From positions 104,658,001 through 104,722,000 of the forward strand of contig NC_058368.1 of assembly GCF_018350175.1 (NCBI RefSeq): a DNA stretch of 64,000 bases, in the 5' to 3' direction. The stretch comes from Felis catus. Lineage: Eukaryota. Positions 35,781 to 49,701 of this stretch are shown here, piece after piece. The position numbers were made by a program, and so were the translations under genes. Each line of letters opens with the position of its first letter. The stretch's first letter is position 1. Under the pieces are notes generated by a model, which saw only the letters and a program-made list of their open reading frames with translations, made no database searches and had not been told where the DNA came from.

Positions 35781-36759
35781 TGGGTTGTTTACTTTGTCTC
35801 AAGGGTTCATTGTTACTGTTTACATTTGGTCCTGTTTTGGGGGGCTATATAGGAACTTCCTGGAGTATTTTTCCTGGGGAGACACCTCCATTACGCATTT
35901 TGTTGTGCATAATTTCTGCCCTTGCACTGCCTTTTCTGTGTTTATTCTCTGTTGACGGGTGTCCTAGCTGGATGTAGGGAGGTTTTGAGCGTGGAATCAG
36001 ACTGGGAAGGACAAACAGTTTCAGCAGGACCCTTTCTTCCACACCAGCTTGCCTTCTCTGGGACCTTTCCTTATTTTCCAAACTTTTCTTTCTCCAGGAC
36101 TTGATAATTCGCATTGTGCAGACAGGCTTGGGATGCTCCCTCTTCCTGCGTTCTCGGAGTCCTTTAGGGGTGTGAGGATCACAGCCTGGTGACTTAGACC
36201 AGAGGGATCTCTTCCTTGTTGGTGTGCCTGGCTTCACAGGGAATGTTAGGAGGGGCGGTTCTTCAGACCACAGAAAGATCTATCTTGTGGCAGTCCTTTA
36301 AAGAAGTTGGACTTTGAGCCCTGCTTTAAGGGAAATATTTTGTCTTTATAGTTCTTCCTGGAATTGGGGGTGGTACCATGGAGTAAATGAGGTGTAGTGA
36401 TTTATTTGATGTTTCTTTAGATAATATCCCCATAGGAAGACCCAAACTCTTTAGGGGGAAGAGTTAAAGCTTGGGATTTTTATTAGCCAAAAAGTTCTCA
36501 GACAGTAAAATCCGCGCTAGACAGAGGAGAATGACTTTCTCGCTGGTTCTTCTTGCCTTTCTCCTTCATAGCCTGGATCTCATGTTGTGTATGGTCTTCT
36601 CAACTGAAGATACTTCATTCCTTATGGATGAAAAGACAAGGATCCAATCTTTTTGTCCAGAAGCGTCATCTTCCTGACATGACTGCTCTGGGGGCTTGGC
36701 TTGCAGGGTACTTTTAGTTTTGCTGCTCTGAGATCAAAGAGTTAAGTAGAGGGTGAGTT

Positions 36760-36975
36760 TGGGGACCGGGCCACCTGAGGTCAACTCTCAGCCCTTCCCC
36801 TTTCCAGTTGTGGCGTTTGGGGCAAGTGACTTAATCTCTCTTATCTTCATCTATAAACTCTGAATGGTAATGAAAATCCTTACACCAGAGGATTGTTAAA
36901 AGGATTCAATGAGTCACGGGAGTCAGCGCCCGTGGAGTGCTAAAAGCCTGGCAGATAATTAGTTATGGTGATGGT
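36760..36975 (+). mobile_element. MIR
   Basis: TTGGGGCAAGTGACTTAATCTCTC..CTTCATCTATAAA..GGATTGTTAAAAGGATTCAATGAG. Confidence 0.7.
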
Positions 36976-37991
36976 GATGACCATACAGCTAACGTTAACC
37001 ATTGTATCACCATAATGTAGCAAAGTGTAAGCTATTATTTGTGCTGGGATGAGCTGTGAAGGCTGCGCTCATGTGTGCGTCACAATCACCTAGGACGAGA
37101 TGTAATGCCAAATTTAACTCACACATGATCTTTGTGTTGCTGTCTGCTGGGACCCTTTCAGAGGAAAGAAAGGTGCATGTGGCAGGGCTGGGATTTTAGA
37201 GGAGAGGTCATGGTTGGGGGCCAAAGGGTGCTTGGGACAGACTGGCCGGTGGGAGATCTACAGTATTTTACACCCCGCACACTGCCTTAGAAACTCCTCG
37301 CGTGAATATACCTCCGTTAACCTATTTCTTGGAGGTCATTCATCCGCTCAATGAATGTTTATTGAGTCTCTATTACATTTCAAGTGCTGGTCTATGTTCC
37401 ATATCATTTAAGTTTGTTGGCTTCATTTTAAAAACGCGTGAGTATTGGCCTCGTGTCTCCCCTTCCCCCCATGTTATGCATTTGAGGGCATCCTGTGACA
37501 CTAGCTCTCCACAAATTAAATCCCAAGTACTTTTTAGCTATAACGATTTCAAGATCTGTTAAAATGAAGAGAACGTATCACTGAGAAATTGAACAAAATA
37601 TTCAGGATAACCTCCAGCAGGTTACTTCTCCCATCAGCTTCCTCCTATGTACATTTGTGTTGGGAGGTGGGGAAAGAGCAGGCGAATCTCCAGGGTCCCT
37701 TCTGTCTCTGCAGCCCCCAGATTAGCTGCTTTGCTTCGTTGGTTGTTGCTTTTGAACCTCCTGTTTGTCTTAGGTCTGTAAATTATGTCACTTCCATCAT
37801 TGCAGGCCAAGTGAGTAATGGGGTCGATAATTAATAGAAGAGGAAAAGTATTCAGCTCTGTGTGCACATCCTCAGTTACTCTGAGCTTTAGTTAGACTGG
37901 GCTATGAGAAATGGCCACAATTTGCCCATTTTTGACCTATATAAAATGGCAATTTCATACTGTTCAACCTAGTATAAATCCTAGCCCGCCT

Positions 37992-38229
37992 GGGTGCCTG
38001 GATGTCTCAGTCGGTTAGGCGTCCGACTTCAGCCCACGCACGTCATGATCTCACGGTTCGTGAGTTCGAGCCCTGTGCCAGGCTCTGTGCTGACAGCTCA
38101 GAGCCTGGAGCCTGCTTCCCATTCTGTGTCTCCCTCGCACTCCGCCCCTCCCCCACTCATGCCCTGTCTCTCTCTGTCTCAAAAATAAATAAAAACATTA
38201 AAAAAAATTAAAAAATAATTAAAAAAAAA
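37992..38229 (+). mobile_element. Can-SINE
   Basis: Full SINE; TSD AAATCCTAGCCC / AAATCCCAGCCC. Confidence 0.92.
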
Positions 38230-38405
38230 TCCCAGCCCCGTCCACTTTGATCCACGTGCAGTAAGTCTTGGGAGATAGGTGAAAAGTCCGCAGTTTTACA
38301 AGTTCCCTATGGCAAACCCCAGTGACATGCTCGTGTAGCAGCCGTGAGTGTACCTTCCTCGTGGTTGTCTGCTCAGTCTAGTAGCATGGTTTTAAAAACA
38401 AATCC

Positions 38406-38612
38406 GGGAGCACCTGGGTGGCTCAGCCGGTTGAGCGACTGACTTCAGCTCAGGTCATGAACTTGCAGTTTGAGAGTTCAAGCCCCACGTCGGGCTCTGT
38501 GCTGACGGCTCAGAGCCTGGAGCCTGCCTCGGATTCTGTGTCTCCCTCTCTCTGCCCCTTCCCCGCTCATGCTCTATGTCTCTCAAAAATGAATAAATGT
38601 TAAAAAAAACAT
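38406..38612 (+). mobile_element. Can-SINE
   Basis: Full SINE; TSD ACAAATCCG. Confidence 0.92.
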
Positions 38613-38649
38613 TTTAAACACAAATCCGATCATGTCATTACCTTGTTTA

Positions 38650-38790
38650 AAAATCACCCAGGTGCTTATTGAAAATGCAGATTCCAGGACTTCACTCTAG
38701 ATGCAAGGGCCAGACATCTGCATTTGAGCAGATCCCTAAATGAATCTGGTGGAGGTAACCTAAGATCACAATTGGAGTAACACCGGTGGA
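38650..38790. mobile_element. MER5-like MITE fragment
   Basis: AATCACCCAGGTGCTTATTGAAAATGCAGATTCCAGG..ATCTGCATTTGA. Confidence 0.6.
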
Positions 38791-40074
38791 GAGCATAACG
38801 CTTAACGTCTTTAACACGATACGTAAGAGCAAAATAGCAGGTTTTCTGCTCGCCTCTTCTGTGGGCCTCCTGCCCCACTAATCTTGACCTTGTTTTTCTT
38901 CCTTAGAAGATACATTGCCTGCTCTTACTTCGCCCCAACCTAGCCGTGTACGCTGTTTTCTCTGCCCGAAATGTCTTTGTTCCTCTTTTTGTCCAATCCC
39001 CATACTACTCATTCATCCTACAAGATACAGTTCAAGTTAAGACTCACCCTAATTTCCTAATTGTCTGTCAGAAACTCAGCGATATCTCTTATGATTCCCA
39101 GTCTACTGTGTGGATAGCTTTACTGTGGCATCTATGATATTGTGTCAAACGTGTTTGTTCCCTGGATGTTTGTCCAGCTGATTGGTGAGTTTACCATTCC
39201 TTATTTTAAGCCTTTATCTGCGTGGCTGGCACATAGGAGTTACATAATAAATGCCTAAGGAAGGTGGGGGAAGATGGAATGAATAAATGCTAGGTGACAT
39301 TCCTTAGCACACAGAGCGTTCGGGATAGGCACTACGTACGTACCAAGGGCTGTGGAGAAGCCAGTCAAGAACTTACAATTTGGCTAGGCATAGTATACAC
39401 AGTAACCTGCAGTGGTAAATGGGCAAGATAGACTATCCTGAGACTTATGAAACACTAGATGCCATCGCATTGATGTTGCATGTTCAACACCGTGGCAGAG
39501 CTATGATACAAGAGCTGAGCGTATGATACCTGTGGGATGGTCTTCGTTGTGAATGACAGTGTCGGGGCCCTGGAAGTGCCAGTGCCAGTAAAAGCAAAGC
39601 ACTTTTGCCCCGTGCTTGTCAATTTATACATCCCTTTGTATTTGTTTTTATATTCAATCATAAATATGGTGACCAGTTTAGTACTCTTTTTTCCTACTTT
39701 AGTACAGGATGCATTCCTAAAAATAGGTCCAAAGATCGATGGTGCAAAAGCCTACCTTGTATAAGGGATGCTGGCCCTGGGAGCCACGTGAATTACAAAA
39801 TGTTTAATTATAGTTAGCCATTTACACACTGCATTCGGTGTTTACTCCTTTCTTTAATTTTTCTCGCTTTAAACATTCTATACTTTTGGTGCTTTCCTTC
39901 TCATTTGAACAACAGTTGATCTGTTTAAGTTCAGCAAATGTCTTGATTCAGGCTTAAGATTGGCCATTATTTTGCGTGTCTAATAACGCCCGTTTTTGGT
40001 CACTTGTGTTAAGTTTCATGAGACAAAAACTTCTTCTTATCACTTTAGGTTTTTAATTGTTTCATTTCTCACTC

Positions 40075-40306
40075 CTTTTTTGTTTTTAATATTTTTAAAA
40101 TGTGTTATGATTCATTTTTGAGAAAGAGAGAGAGACAGAGCGTGAGGGGGGGAGGGCAGAGAGAGAGGGAGACACAGAATCTGAAGCAGGCTCCAGGCTG
40201 TGAGCTGTCAGCACAGAGCCCGATGCAGGGCTCGAACTCATGAACCGTGAGATCATGACCTGAGCCAAAGTCGGACGCTCAACCAACTGAGCCACCCAGG
40301 CACCCC
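40075..40306 (-). mobile_element. Can-SINE
   Basis: Reverse SINE; TSD-like TCTCACTCCTTT / TCTCACCCATTT. Confidence 0.92.
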
Positions 40307-42608
40307 ATCTCACCCATTTTTTGTAATTATTGAAATAGGCAATAACATGCAAACGAGTGAACAAACATTGCGGGGTAATGACAAAGATGGAAATTTTAGC
40401 TCATGGGCAGCTTCACCAAAGGATGAACCACGAAAAGTGTTCATTCATAGGCTGATGCATGAAAGTTCCGGTGGCATAGGGCAGGAAGGGAGCAGTATCA
40501 GCACACAGAGTACAAACGTCCTGATTGTTTGGACTTCACACAAACAATATTAAGAATTGCCTGTGGTCTCCATTTCTCAAGGATGTGCGCCCAGTGTTCT
40601 GTGTTAAAAATTAGCTCAGTTTTAAGAACCAACTGCAATTCATTGGGTTTTGTTGATTTGTCTTCCTTTTCAGTGCTATTTCCAAAATGAACTTTTCCTA
40701 CCTTAGTTTAAGCTTGCATCTGTGTGTACTTCTGTGAGTGTCTTAGCTCATCTCTTCCTTCATTCCTTCATTCATTCACTCACTCATTCATTCATTCATT
40801 CTATCTGAATTTCCCAAGATTTTGTATTTATCTCTACTCTCTTTTCCTCACAATTTAAGATTATTTTTCACAGTGATCGCTCTCTTTTAAAGACAATTAT
40901 TGCAGAAGATTAATTTATCACACTTGATGCAAAGATTTCTCATGTGATGAGGGAAAAAAGAAAGCACAAACCAGTGTTGTTTTACTTTATACAATTTTAT
41001 TTGCGAAACTACAGGTTGGCATGTGGATGTCATTTGATAATGCGTACTCTGCCATTAGCCAGTCTGGAAAGCGTGAATGTGATCATCTATCCTCTTATGA
41101 TGGAGGTTCATTTCCAGTGATTTCCTCTCTCGTTTCATTTGTAGTGATTTATGCTATTAGATAAAGAAACTATGTAAAGCATTTTAACCACCTCAGTTTC
41201 CTACTCAGAAGGCAATAAATTGTACCCTTCCCCCCTTCTAAGACAAAGAAAACAGTATTTCAGCATGGGAACCTCGTCTTAATGGGTACATGTGCAGGAT
41301 ATTAACATCTGTTAAAAACGTCTTATCTTTGAGAGCAAGGAGGCCCTATCCTAGAGGGTGGGTGACTGAGTGCCTTGTCACGAACATCCTGGCCGATCCG
41401 GATGAGCTGCACAGATTTGCTTAGTTCTCAAACCTCGCCATAGGTGATCATCTCACTATGTACCATATAAATACCTTCTGGGAAAGAATCATGTTTGTCT
41501 TCTTTGAAAATATTTTTTTAATGGTAAACTGAAAATGAAAACACAGACGTAACTTGTTCCTCCAGGAGCAAAACAGAAGTATAAAATCTTTGTTTGGGGC
41601 CCAGGGGATTAATTTTGCCACCAAAATGAAAAATTTTAAATACCTACCTCCATTGATATGTTTAGAACACCACTTTATTTATTTATTTTTGTTTTTGGAC
41701 AAGGAATTGAGGCCAAGATGTGACGTTTGCATTCTTGAAGAAAGAAGTTGGTTTGAGTTTTATTTTTGCCCATTCAGATACTTATCAGGTGTATAGGGCA
41801 AGGGGATGATTATTATGTGGAATTACTGAGATACTTGCCTTAAGAAAAATAAAGATGAAAAAAAAATACAACTGAGTGGGTAAGGCTGGGTGTTGTAAGG
41901 GCCGGTAGGCCGTTCTGAGAACTTCTCCGAGAGTTCCTTCTAGAGAGAGGGTTCGGTGTGCTTGCCAAAATTTTCCTGGCTCTGTGGGGCTTCGAAGAGA
42001 GAGGACTCGAGTGTGCACGGCACGTTTTAGATAAGGAAACGAGCTCAGCCAACACACGGCTGCAGACGTTTGCTAGATGTTTCAAAGAACGGTGGCTCAA
42101 GCATTCCACGGGAGTGGTGAGTTAACATACAGGGGACCCCAGGACTGGATTCTGCCTGCTCCCACAGCACTATGGACATGAGAGGAGCCCCTCGTAGGAC
42201 ACCGCTCTTTCATTATCTAAACCAGATGTGGTTTGGGACACCTATTGGGATTCACATAAAAATGGAGCCCCCGTTCCATGAGAAGGCGTGAAATGAGGAA
42301 ACTTAACTCATTCAACAACTACGGGGCTTACTGGGGGTGGGGGTAGGGCCAGGGGCATCGTCTGGATCTGAATTCGTATTTTCCCTTCAGATCCTCAGTT
42401 TAGGGATTATCTTGCCACACTGCTGTGCCGTGTCTTCTCACGTGAAGTTGTCCACCGAACCACGGATGTCACTTCCTCTTTCTTTAATTTTACAAAGCGT
42501 CACCCAACGTGTAGCTCTGAGTAGCTGACCTTTAAGGCTTGGGACTGTGGAGGAAGTTCACGTCTTAAGACTTAAAGCCATGAAACCATTAATTTATTTG
42601 TTATTGTT

Positions 42609-42817
42609 GGGGCACCTGGGTGGCCCAGTCGGTTGAGCGTCCGACTTCACCGAAGGTCATGATCTCACAGTCCCTGGGTTCGAGCCCCACGTCGGGCTCT
42701 GTGCTGACAGCTCGGAGCCCGGAGCCTGCTTCGGATTCTGTGTCTTCCTTTCTCTCTGCCCCAACCCACTTGAGTTCTTTCTCTGTCTCTCTCAAAAATA
42801 AATAAACATTAAAAAAA
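42609..42817 (+). mobile_element. Can-SINE
   Basis: Full head/body/tail. Confidence 0.92.
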
Positions 42818-44716
42818 TTTATTAGTATAGTTAATGGTTATGTATTAACTATAATCCTTTCATATATTTTTATTGGTTGCTATTCTTAAATTATCAAACC
42901 ATTCATTATTATTAACTATCGTATATTAATTATAATCTTTTCATACGTTATTATTGGTTACTATTAATTATTAAATTATTTGAAACTGGACATGAAACCG
43001 GTTTTTTAAAAGCTGTTTGTTCCCACCATCCCTGGAATTTTCTTCCCGTCCATCTTTTGCTGAAGGCTCCAGCCTCTTTTAGATGGCTTCTGTGCTTTCT
43101 TTTAACTTTTCTGCTCCTCCCCCTTGTCCTCATTGCTGACCCTACCCCCAAATTCTTATTACCTTCAGACCAGCTGTTTTCTTTTCATGTCCAGTCTTCC
43201 TCTCCACATTCCTCGGTGCCCCGATCATTCTCACCTGCCTTCTCTTGGTGTTTCCCCCCCCAGCACTGAGATTTGGTACCTGTAATAGACAGCATCTGCC
43301 TTTCAGTATACCCCCATCTCCTGTGCCTCCCTTGAACAGAGGGGCGTGCATACTCTGCTCGTTAGAGAGGTTAGCAAGACTTGAGACCTCTGTGCAGCCT
43401 GTTTTCAAACAGAGGCCTGAGAATCACTGGCAGACACTGGCCCCCGTTCTAATGATTTGGACCCCATTGGTGTGTTATGGGGCCCAGGGATGTTTATTTT
43501 TGGCAAGGTGTTCTGATCCAGGTGGTCCCTGGATGCCTGCAATCCTTGTTAGGGCTCTTTTGCTCCATTCAGAAGGCACAACTTTTTTCCTTTTTCTTTC
43601 TTCTTCTTCTTCTTTTTTTAAAAAAAAAAACAAAAAACATTTTAGTGACTTGGTCAGAGGGGGTCAGGGAGAATAGCTAGTCTGTGAGAACCCGTGCCTC
43701 TCCCTCTCCGCTTAGAGGGACAATGGCTGTAACACTACGCTGTTCATGTGACAGCGAGAGAAAGGGGCCCATTGTTCCGGGGTTGGCTGATGCTACATTC
43801 TGCTCCGGCCAGCCATCCAACTGAGCTTGGTAGCCCCAAGGAAACAGACACACTTGAATTGGAGAGACAAAGAAAGGAGGTCAAGGCCTTTCACAGTTAA
43901 ACTACTTGCAGCAATGTGTCAGAGGTAGGATTTGGGAAGGAAGAAAGTAATTCTGTAGAAGCACCATTAATCTGGTTTGGGAGCATGAGATGTGGCGTTA
44001 GGGAGACACAGGTCCGTTAGAACTCCCAGTTGATCTTTGGCCAATGAAGAACTGTTTCTGAATATGTTCCCCTGACTCACCTTATTGCAGGTTTTTATTA
44101 TTGATTTAAAACCTAAAAAAGACCTCTCTCTATCCATGAGAGGTGCAAGCACATTTTTCCACCTCTTTCCCCTGGGCTCATCAAAGACAGGTGTTTGATC
44201 TGAAAGTCCACTTAAATCAAGGCCTATAAACTACAAGAATGATACTCTGTTCAGGGGTATGGTTCCTGTGTATATGATGATATGTTCATAATCCTTCCAA
44301 ATCTAGATTCAGATAATAAATTTCGAAGCCAAGAAGGTTTTTCTGCGATTGAGATACAGTTAAATCCGTTAGAAAGTTGATGTGTATGGACAGTTATGAT
44401 GTTGGGGGCTTCCCTATCATTTAGATACCACCCGTCACCCTCAACTTCCAAACTGGATTCTAGCCCCAGAGGGAAAGGCTTGCAAACTTCCTGTAAAGAT
44501 CTAATTCAGAGCTCAACAATTGGCTACATTCTTTGTGTCCGAAGATTCAAATTCAAGGTCATAGCCTCAGCATAGGTCACAGACTTTTCGCACAGGATTG
44601 TTCTTTTAGCCTCATTACTCCCTTTATGAAAAAGTATGTCATTCATTCAGCCTTTGCCTCTGAGTTTCCTTCAAAGGGAAACTTAGTCCCTAGTTCCTGT
44701 GGATATTTGTAGAAGG

Positions 44717-44773
44717 CTTCCTTCCTTCCTTCCTTCCTTCCTTCCTTCCTTCCTTCCTTCCTTCCTTTCTTTT

Positions 44774-44816
<43 letters not shown>

Positions 44817-44897
44817 CTCCTTCCCTTCCCTTCCCTTCCCTTCCCTTCCCTTCCCTTCCCTCCCCTCCCCTCCCCTCCCCTCCCCTCCCCTTCCTTC
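44717..44897. repeat. Compound pyrimidine microsatellite (CTTC)n-(CTTT)n-(CCCTT)n-(CCCCT)n
   Basis: ~180 bp containing only C and T on the plus strand. Confidence 0.95.
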
Positions 44898-45669
44898 AGC
44901 ACAGAATACAGCCCTGAGTGAGGTAGAATGCGGAAAGTCTTTTCTGGACGTAGTGGGCTGTGGAGGGCCCTTTTACAAAGAGTATTCAGACAGCTGGTAT
45001 TCATTGGCCAGTAGGAATCCTTTTGTCTTTGAGATAAGAGGTTTCCTGACTGGGAAGATTAGGCTTAAGGAGGTTTGTACCCAGGAGATGGCAATATACG
45101 ATTTTCTTTAGATCACTTAGAGCTTCTTGTAATTAAGTCTGTCATTGTACCTTGATGATAGACTATTACTGTAAATCCATTAAAGAAGGAGAAGCAAGTG
45201 GATTGCAGAGAGGCAAGTGGCTTTATTTTCTTCATTGTATTTCCATTCTCCCTCCTCTTGCAGTTTGTTTATACTTTACTAAGTGGATATTTGGTTTTAC
45301 CAGTGATGTAGGTACTTTTGAAGTGGAGAAGGGGAAGGGAAAACTGTTCTTTGCAGGTGGCGAAAAGACTGTGTTGACCATGCTCCTGATTAGTTAATTA
45401 ATTTTTACCTCATTGTCATTAGGCCTGTTCCTTTGGCTCCACTCCTGTGATTTGGAGAGGCTGACTCCTGGGTGCTATGAGGCATGACCGTGCTCTACTT
45501 GAAGTTCTGTGTTGATGCAGCTTTCGTTGAACAAATAGAGAAGTGATATGTTGTCTTTTATTGTGGTTTATGTACCACATGGCACGTTCCGTACTAAATG
45601 CTTTTTTAGGCATGGGATGCTTGCTGGCCCTTCATGTTGTGTCAGAATTAAAACCCTGGCCGAGGAGGG

Positions 45670-45800
45670 CTTCTGGTCTGCTTAATCTGGGTGTTGGTTG
45701 TGTGAGTGTGTTCATTTTGTGAAAATGTGTTGAGCTGTTCAATTCTGTTTGTATCCTTTCTTGGTATGTATTTTATACTTAAACAAAAAGTTCAAAAACA
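45670..45800 (+). mobile_element. Old L1 (L1ME-like) 3' terminus
   Basis: GTGTGTTCATTTTGTGAAAAT..TTGAGCTG..GTATGTATTTTATACTTAAACAAAAAG. Confidence 0.55.
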
Positions 45801-46769
45801 TTTGAAGCGTAGTGTTTAATATAGAATTAAAGTTATACAGTGATAGAAAACAGCCAACTTTGGGAACCCCAACTCCCCAACTGTCATATAATTTGGAACC
45901 TGGTGTAGCTATGAGGGTCTGGAGCTTTGTATATCCATTAATTCGCCCCTCTTTCTGTGGTTGGTAGAGCTCTGTGTCAGAAAGCAATGGGCCAGCACCA
46001 ACATAGTTGACTGACGTTTCTAGGCAGCAAATCCAGTGACTAGGAAGTCAACAGCATTAGCAGAGCCCCACTCTTTAGAAACTAAAACACAAGCAGCCCT
46101 CCAAATTGGCCAACTAGCAAATCTCAGTCCCATTTTCCACCCTCCGCCTTCATTGTAATCTGTCAGGAAAATCAGACCAAGACTATAGACTGTGTATTTT
46201 TTTCCTTAGTTTTAGATGCCATCTTTCCTCAAGTCTAGTATTGGAATGCTTTCATTTTTTTCCTCACATTTTGCTAATGGGGACAAAGCGATAGGAGGTA
46301 TGGCGTCTTGGGCTCCTCTCTCTCACTTATTTCAGGCATCATTTCCTGAACTCCACGAGCAGTACCTCTGAATATGAAGCTTCCCCATAAGCAAAAGGAT
46401 GCTTCTGGCACAAGAGTGGCCTGTGGTCCTATTTCTGTCGAGAGGACATCAGGCATCAGCAGTGTGGGGCATCTTACCTGTAGAACATTCTAACTTGCTG
46501 TTACAATCTAGAGCTAGTAGACTGAAACAGAGAAAACAGGAGTGTTTTGTTTTTCGTAGGTTTTTTGAAGGAGAATGTGGAGTTCTTGGCCTTGGAATGG
46601 TTCTAGCACATCTGTGGGGCATCTCCATATCCATTCTGTATACCTCCTTTAGGTATTGGACTTAAAGGTTAACTGTTGACTTACACAAACACATGTGATT
46701 AACATCGTGAATTAAGAGACAAGATTTTGATGGTCTGGGTCTATTCCGCGCTGGCCTTGTCATTTACTG

Positions 46770-46960
46770 TATGAAATATGGCAACCTGGCTCAGGATCCC
46801 ATCTCTACCCCTTGGACCTTTATGACCTTGGGCAGGCTGTTTTAGCTCTCCAGACCTCTTTCCATCACCCGGGAAATGCTAACAGTATGTACTTCCAAGA
46901 GTGTTGTTACATTTAGCGTAGTGGTAGGTACATAGTAAGCTCTCAGCCAATATTAGTTAC
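46770..46960 (+). mobile_element. MIR
   Basis: TGACCTTGGGCAGG..GTACATAGTAAGCTCTCAGCCAATATTAGTTA. Confidence 0.65.
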
Positions 46961-47289
46961 CATTACTGAACACCAAATAATGTTAAAATAGTGAAGAATA
47001 ATCACCAGGAATAAGATTTGTGTATGCCTTTTGTAAAAGAATCATCCAAGTGTTTACATAAGATCCTGTTAATTGAATGTAGAAGTTAGAAAATAGTCTG
47101 GGAGACAAAACATAAGCTATCAGAAATTTAAAATATTCTGGAAAACAATAACAGTTAAATTTACTCATGAGCATGAATGTTTTTTAATGAAGATAATAAT
47201 GTACTAAAAGAAAAGTTTTATATCTGGTATAGAATCAGGATGAGGCTTTTAGTTAATTTGTTCTTTCCTAGTAAGATATCAGCAGAATG

Positions 47290-47775
47290 GAAGTGTTCCA
47301 ACAAAAGCTTGTCCGCAAATGTTTATAGCAGCATTATTCACAATAACCGCAAGGTGAAAACGACCCGAATTTCCACTGGCTATTGACTGGAGAGTGGATG
47401 AATGAGATGTCATATATCCACACAATGGAATATTACTCAATCATTAAGAGGAATGAAATATGATACATGTCGTCAAGGACATGGATGAACCTTGAAAACA
47501 TAATGCTAAGGGAAAGACACCAGACACCAATGACCGCGTGTCACACGTATAATCCCATTTATGTGAAATGTCCAGAATTGGCAAACCCATAGAGACAGAA
47601 AGTAGTGGTTGCCAGGGGCCAGGAGAGGAAGAAGCGGGGAGTGACTGTGTCACAGGAATGGGGTTTCCTTTTGGGGCGATGAAAAAGTTCTGGAACTAGG
47701 TAATGGTGATGGTTGCACAGTGTGGTTAAAATGATAACATTTTATGTCATGTGAATTTTATCTCAATGAAATTTT
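47290..47775 (+). mobile_element. LINE-1 3' end (L1MB7/8-like)
   Basis: AATGTTTATAGCAGCATTATTCACAATA, ATGGATGAACCTTGAAAACATAATGCTAAG, GAAATGTCCAGAATTGGCAAA, GTGAATTTTATCTCAAT. Confidence 0.85.
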
Positions 47776-49308
47776 TTTAACCTTTATTTAAAAAAACCGT
47801 ATCAATAGATGTTTTGCATTTAGATGAGACATATTCTGCATCAGTCAGTCAGTCTCTATTCTTGATGTGTCTGCTGTAAGCCAAGCCTTTACTGTATGTT
47901 GGGGAGAATATCAAAAATGACACGGCATGGCCTTGGCCTTCTGTCTCTTTGTGGAGATGGGAAAGGATGAGGGAGTGGGTGATATGTTCCAGGTGAATCC
48001 ATATTCAGGAGAGAAAAATAGCACTGTGCACTTGATGATGAGAGAAGGCTTTTTGGAAGAGATTGGACTTGAAAGGTGAGTGAGCTCCATATAATCCGAG
48101 AAGAGGGAGAGGATATCTCAGTTGGTAGAATGGCACATGGCTTGGGCGAGAGGCGGCTGGGCAGGGGCAGGGGCAGGGCAGCAGTGACCAGAGTGGAGTA
48201 TTTTATAATGGACTGTCAGCACGTGAGGCTGGACATGTAGGTTGGAGCCAGGTTGGAAAATCTTGGAAAGCTGTTTAAAGTCACCAGGCAGTGGGTAGCA
48301 AAAGATGGCCATTGACGATAGAAGTAGAACATCGGATAAAAATGGGGAAGATGATGAGGAGACTATGGCAGTGATTTCACTGAATCGGACATAATCTGTT
48401 ATTTATTCATTCAGTAAATATTTACTGAGCACCTGTTACGTTCCATGTGATTTTCTGTGGTAGCGATGGGATGACACCTAAGATAAACGAGGTCCCTGCC
48501 CTTTTAGATTTGCATTCTAGTATACACTTCAAGCACTGACTGCTAGTCCCGTGGACAAACGTGTTTGAAAAGTGAAGCCCCAAGTATGCTATAATGTATG
48601 CTCCGAGTGTGGGTTCCTGGATTTAAATCCTAGTTTGTCCCAATGTTTACCGAACGTATGACCCCAAGCCAGTTACTCCAGACTTCAGTTTCTTTTTTTT
48701 TTTTTTTAATTTAAATTTTAGTTAGTTAGCATACAATGCAATATTGGTTTCAGGAGTAGAATTCATTGATTCATCACTTACATACAACAGCCAGTGCACC
48801 GCACAAGTGCCCTCCTTAATACCCTTCACCCATCTAGCCCATCCCCAGCCATCTCCCTCCATCAACCCAGTTTGTTCTCTGTCATTAAGAATCTTTGGTG
48901 GTTTGTTTCCCTCTCTTGTCTTCTCCACCCCTGTGTTCCCATGTGCTCATCTGTTTTGTTTCTTAAATTCTACATATGAGTGAAATCATATGGTAACTGT
49001 CTTTTCCTGACTGACTTATTTCGCTTTGCATAATACCTTCTAGCTCCATCAACATCATTGCAAATGGCATGATTTCATTCTTTTTTGATTGCTGAGTAAT
49101 ATTTCATTGTGTATATATACCACATCTTCTTTATCCATTCATCAGTCAGTGGACATTTGGGTTCTCTCCACAGTTTGGCTGTTGTTGGTAGTGCTTCTAC
49201 AAACGTTGGGGTACATGTGCCCCTTTGGATCTGTATTTCTGTATCCTTTTGGTAAATACCTAATAGTGCAATTGCTGGATTATAGGGTAGTTCTATTTTT
49301 AGTTTTTT

Positions 49309-49701
49309 TTTTTAATTTAATGTTTATTTAATATTTATTTATTTTTGAGAGAGAGAGAGAGATCGTGTGCGTGCAAGCGGGGGAGGGACAGAGAGAGAGA
49401 GAGAGGGAGACACAGAATCTGAAACAGGCTCCAGGCTCTGAGCTGTCACACAAAGCCCGACATGGGGCTTGAACCCACAAACCGTGAGATCATGACCTGA
49501 GCTGAAGTCTGATGCTTAACTGACTGAGCCATCCAGGCGTCCCTAATGTTTATTTATTTTTGAGAGAGAGAATCAGAGCATGAGTGGGGGAGGGGCAGAG
49601 AGAGAGGGAGACATAGAACGCGGGGCTCAAACTCACAAGCCATGAGATCATGACCTGAGCTGAAGTAGGACTCTTAATGGACTGAGCCACCCAGGTGTCC
49701 C
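49309..49701 (-). mobile_element. Can-SINE (internally deleted) inside L1; hosts a second SINE in its tail
   Basis: TSD TATTTTTAGTTTTTT at 49294-49308 and 49703-49717. Confidence 0.85.
49331..49543 (-). mobile_element. Can-SINE nested in the tail of another SINE
   Basis: TSD TAATGTTTATTTA at 49318-49330 and 49544-49556. Confidence 0.88.

Noticed and set aside
44690..45004. Low-complexity charged and Pro/Ser/Phe ORFs
   Set aside because: Translations of the compound microsatellite.
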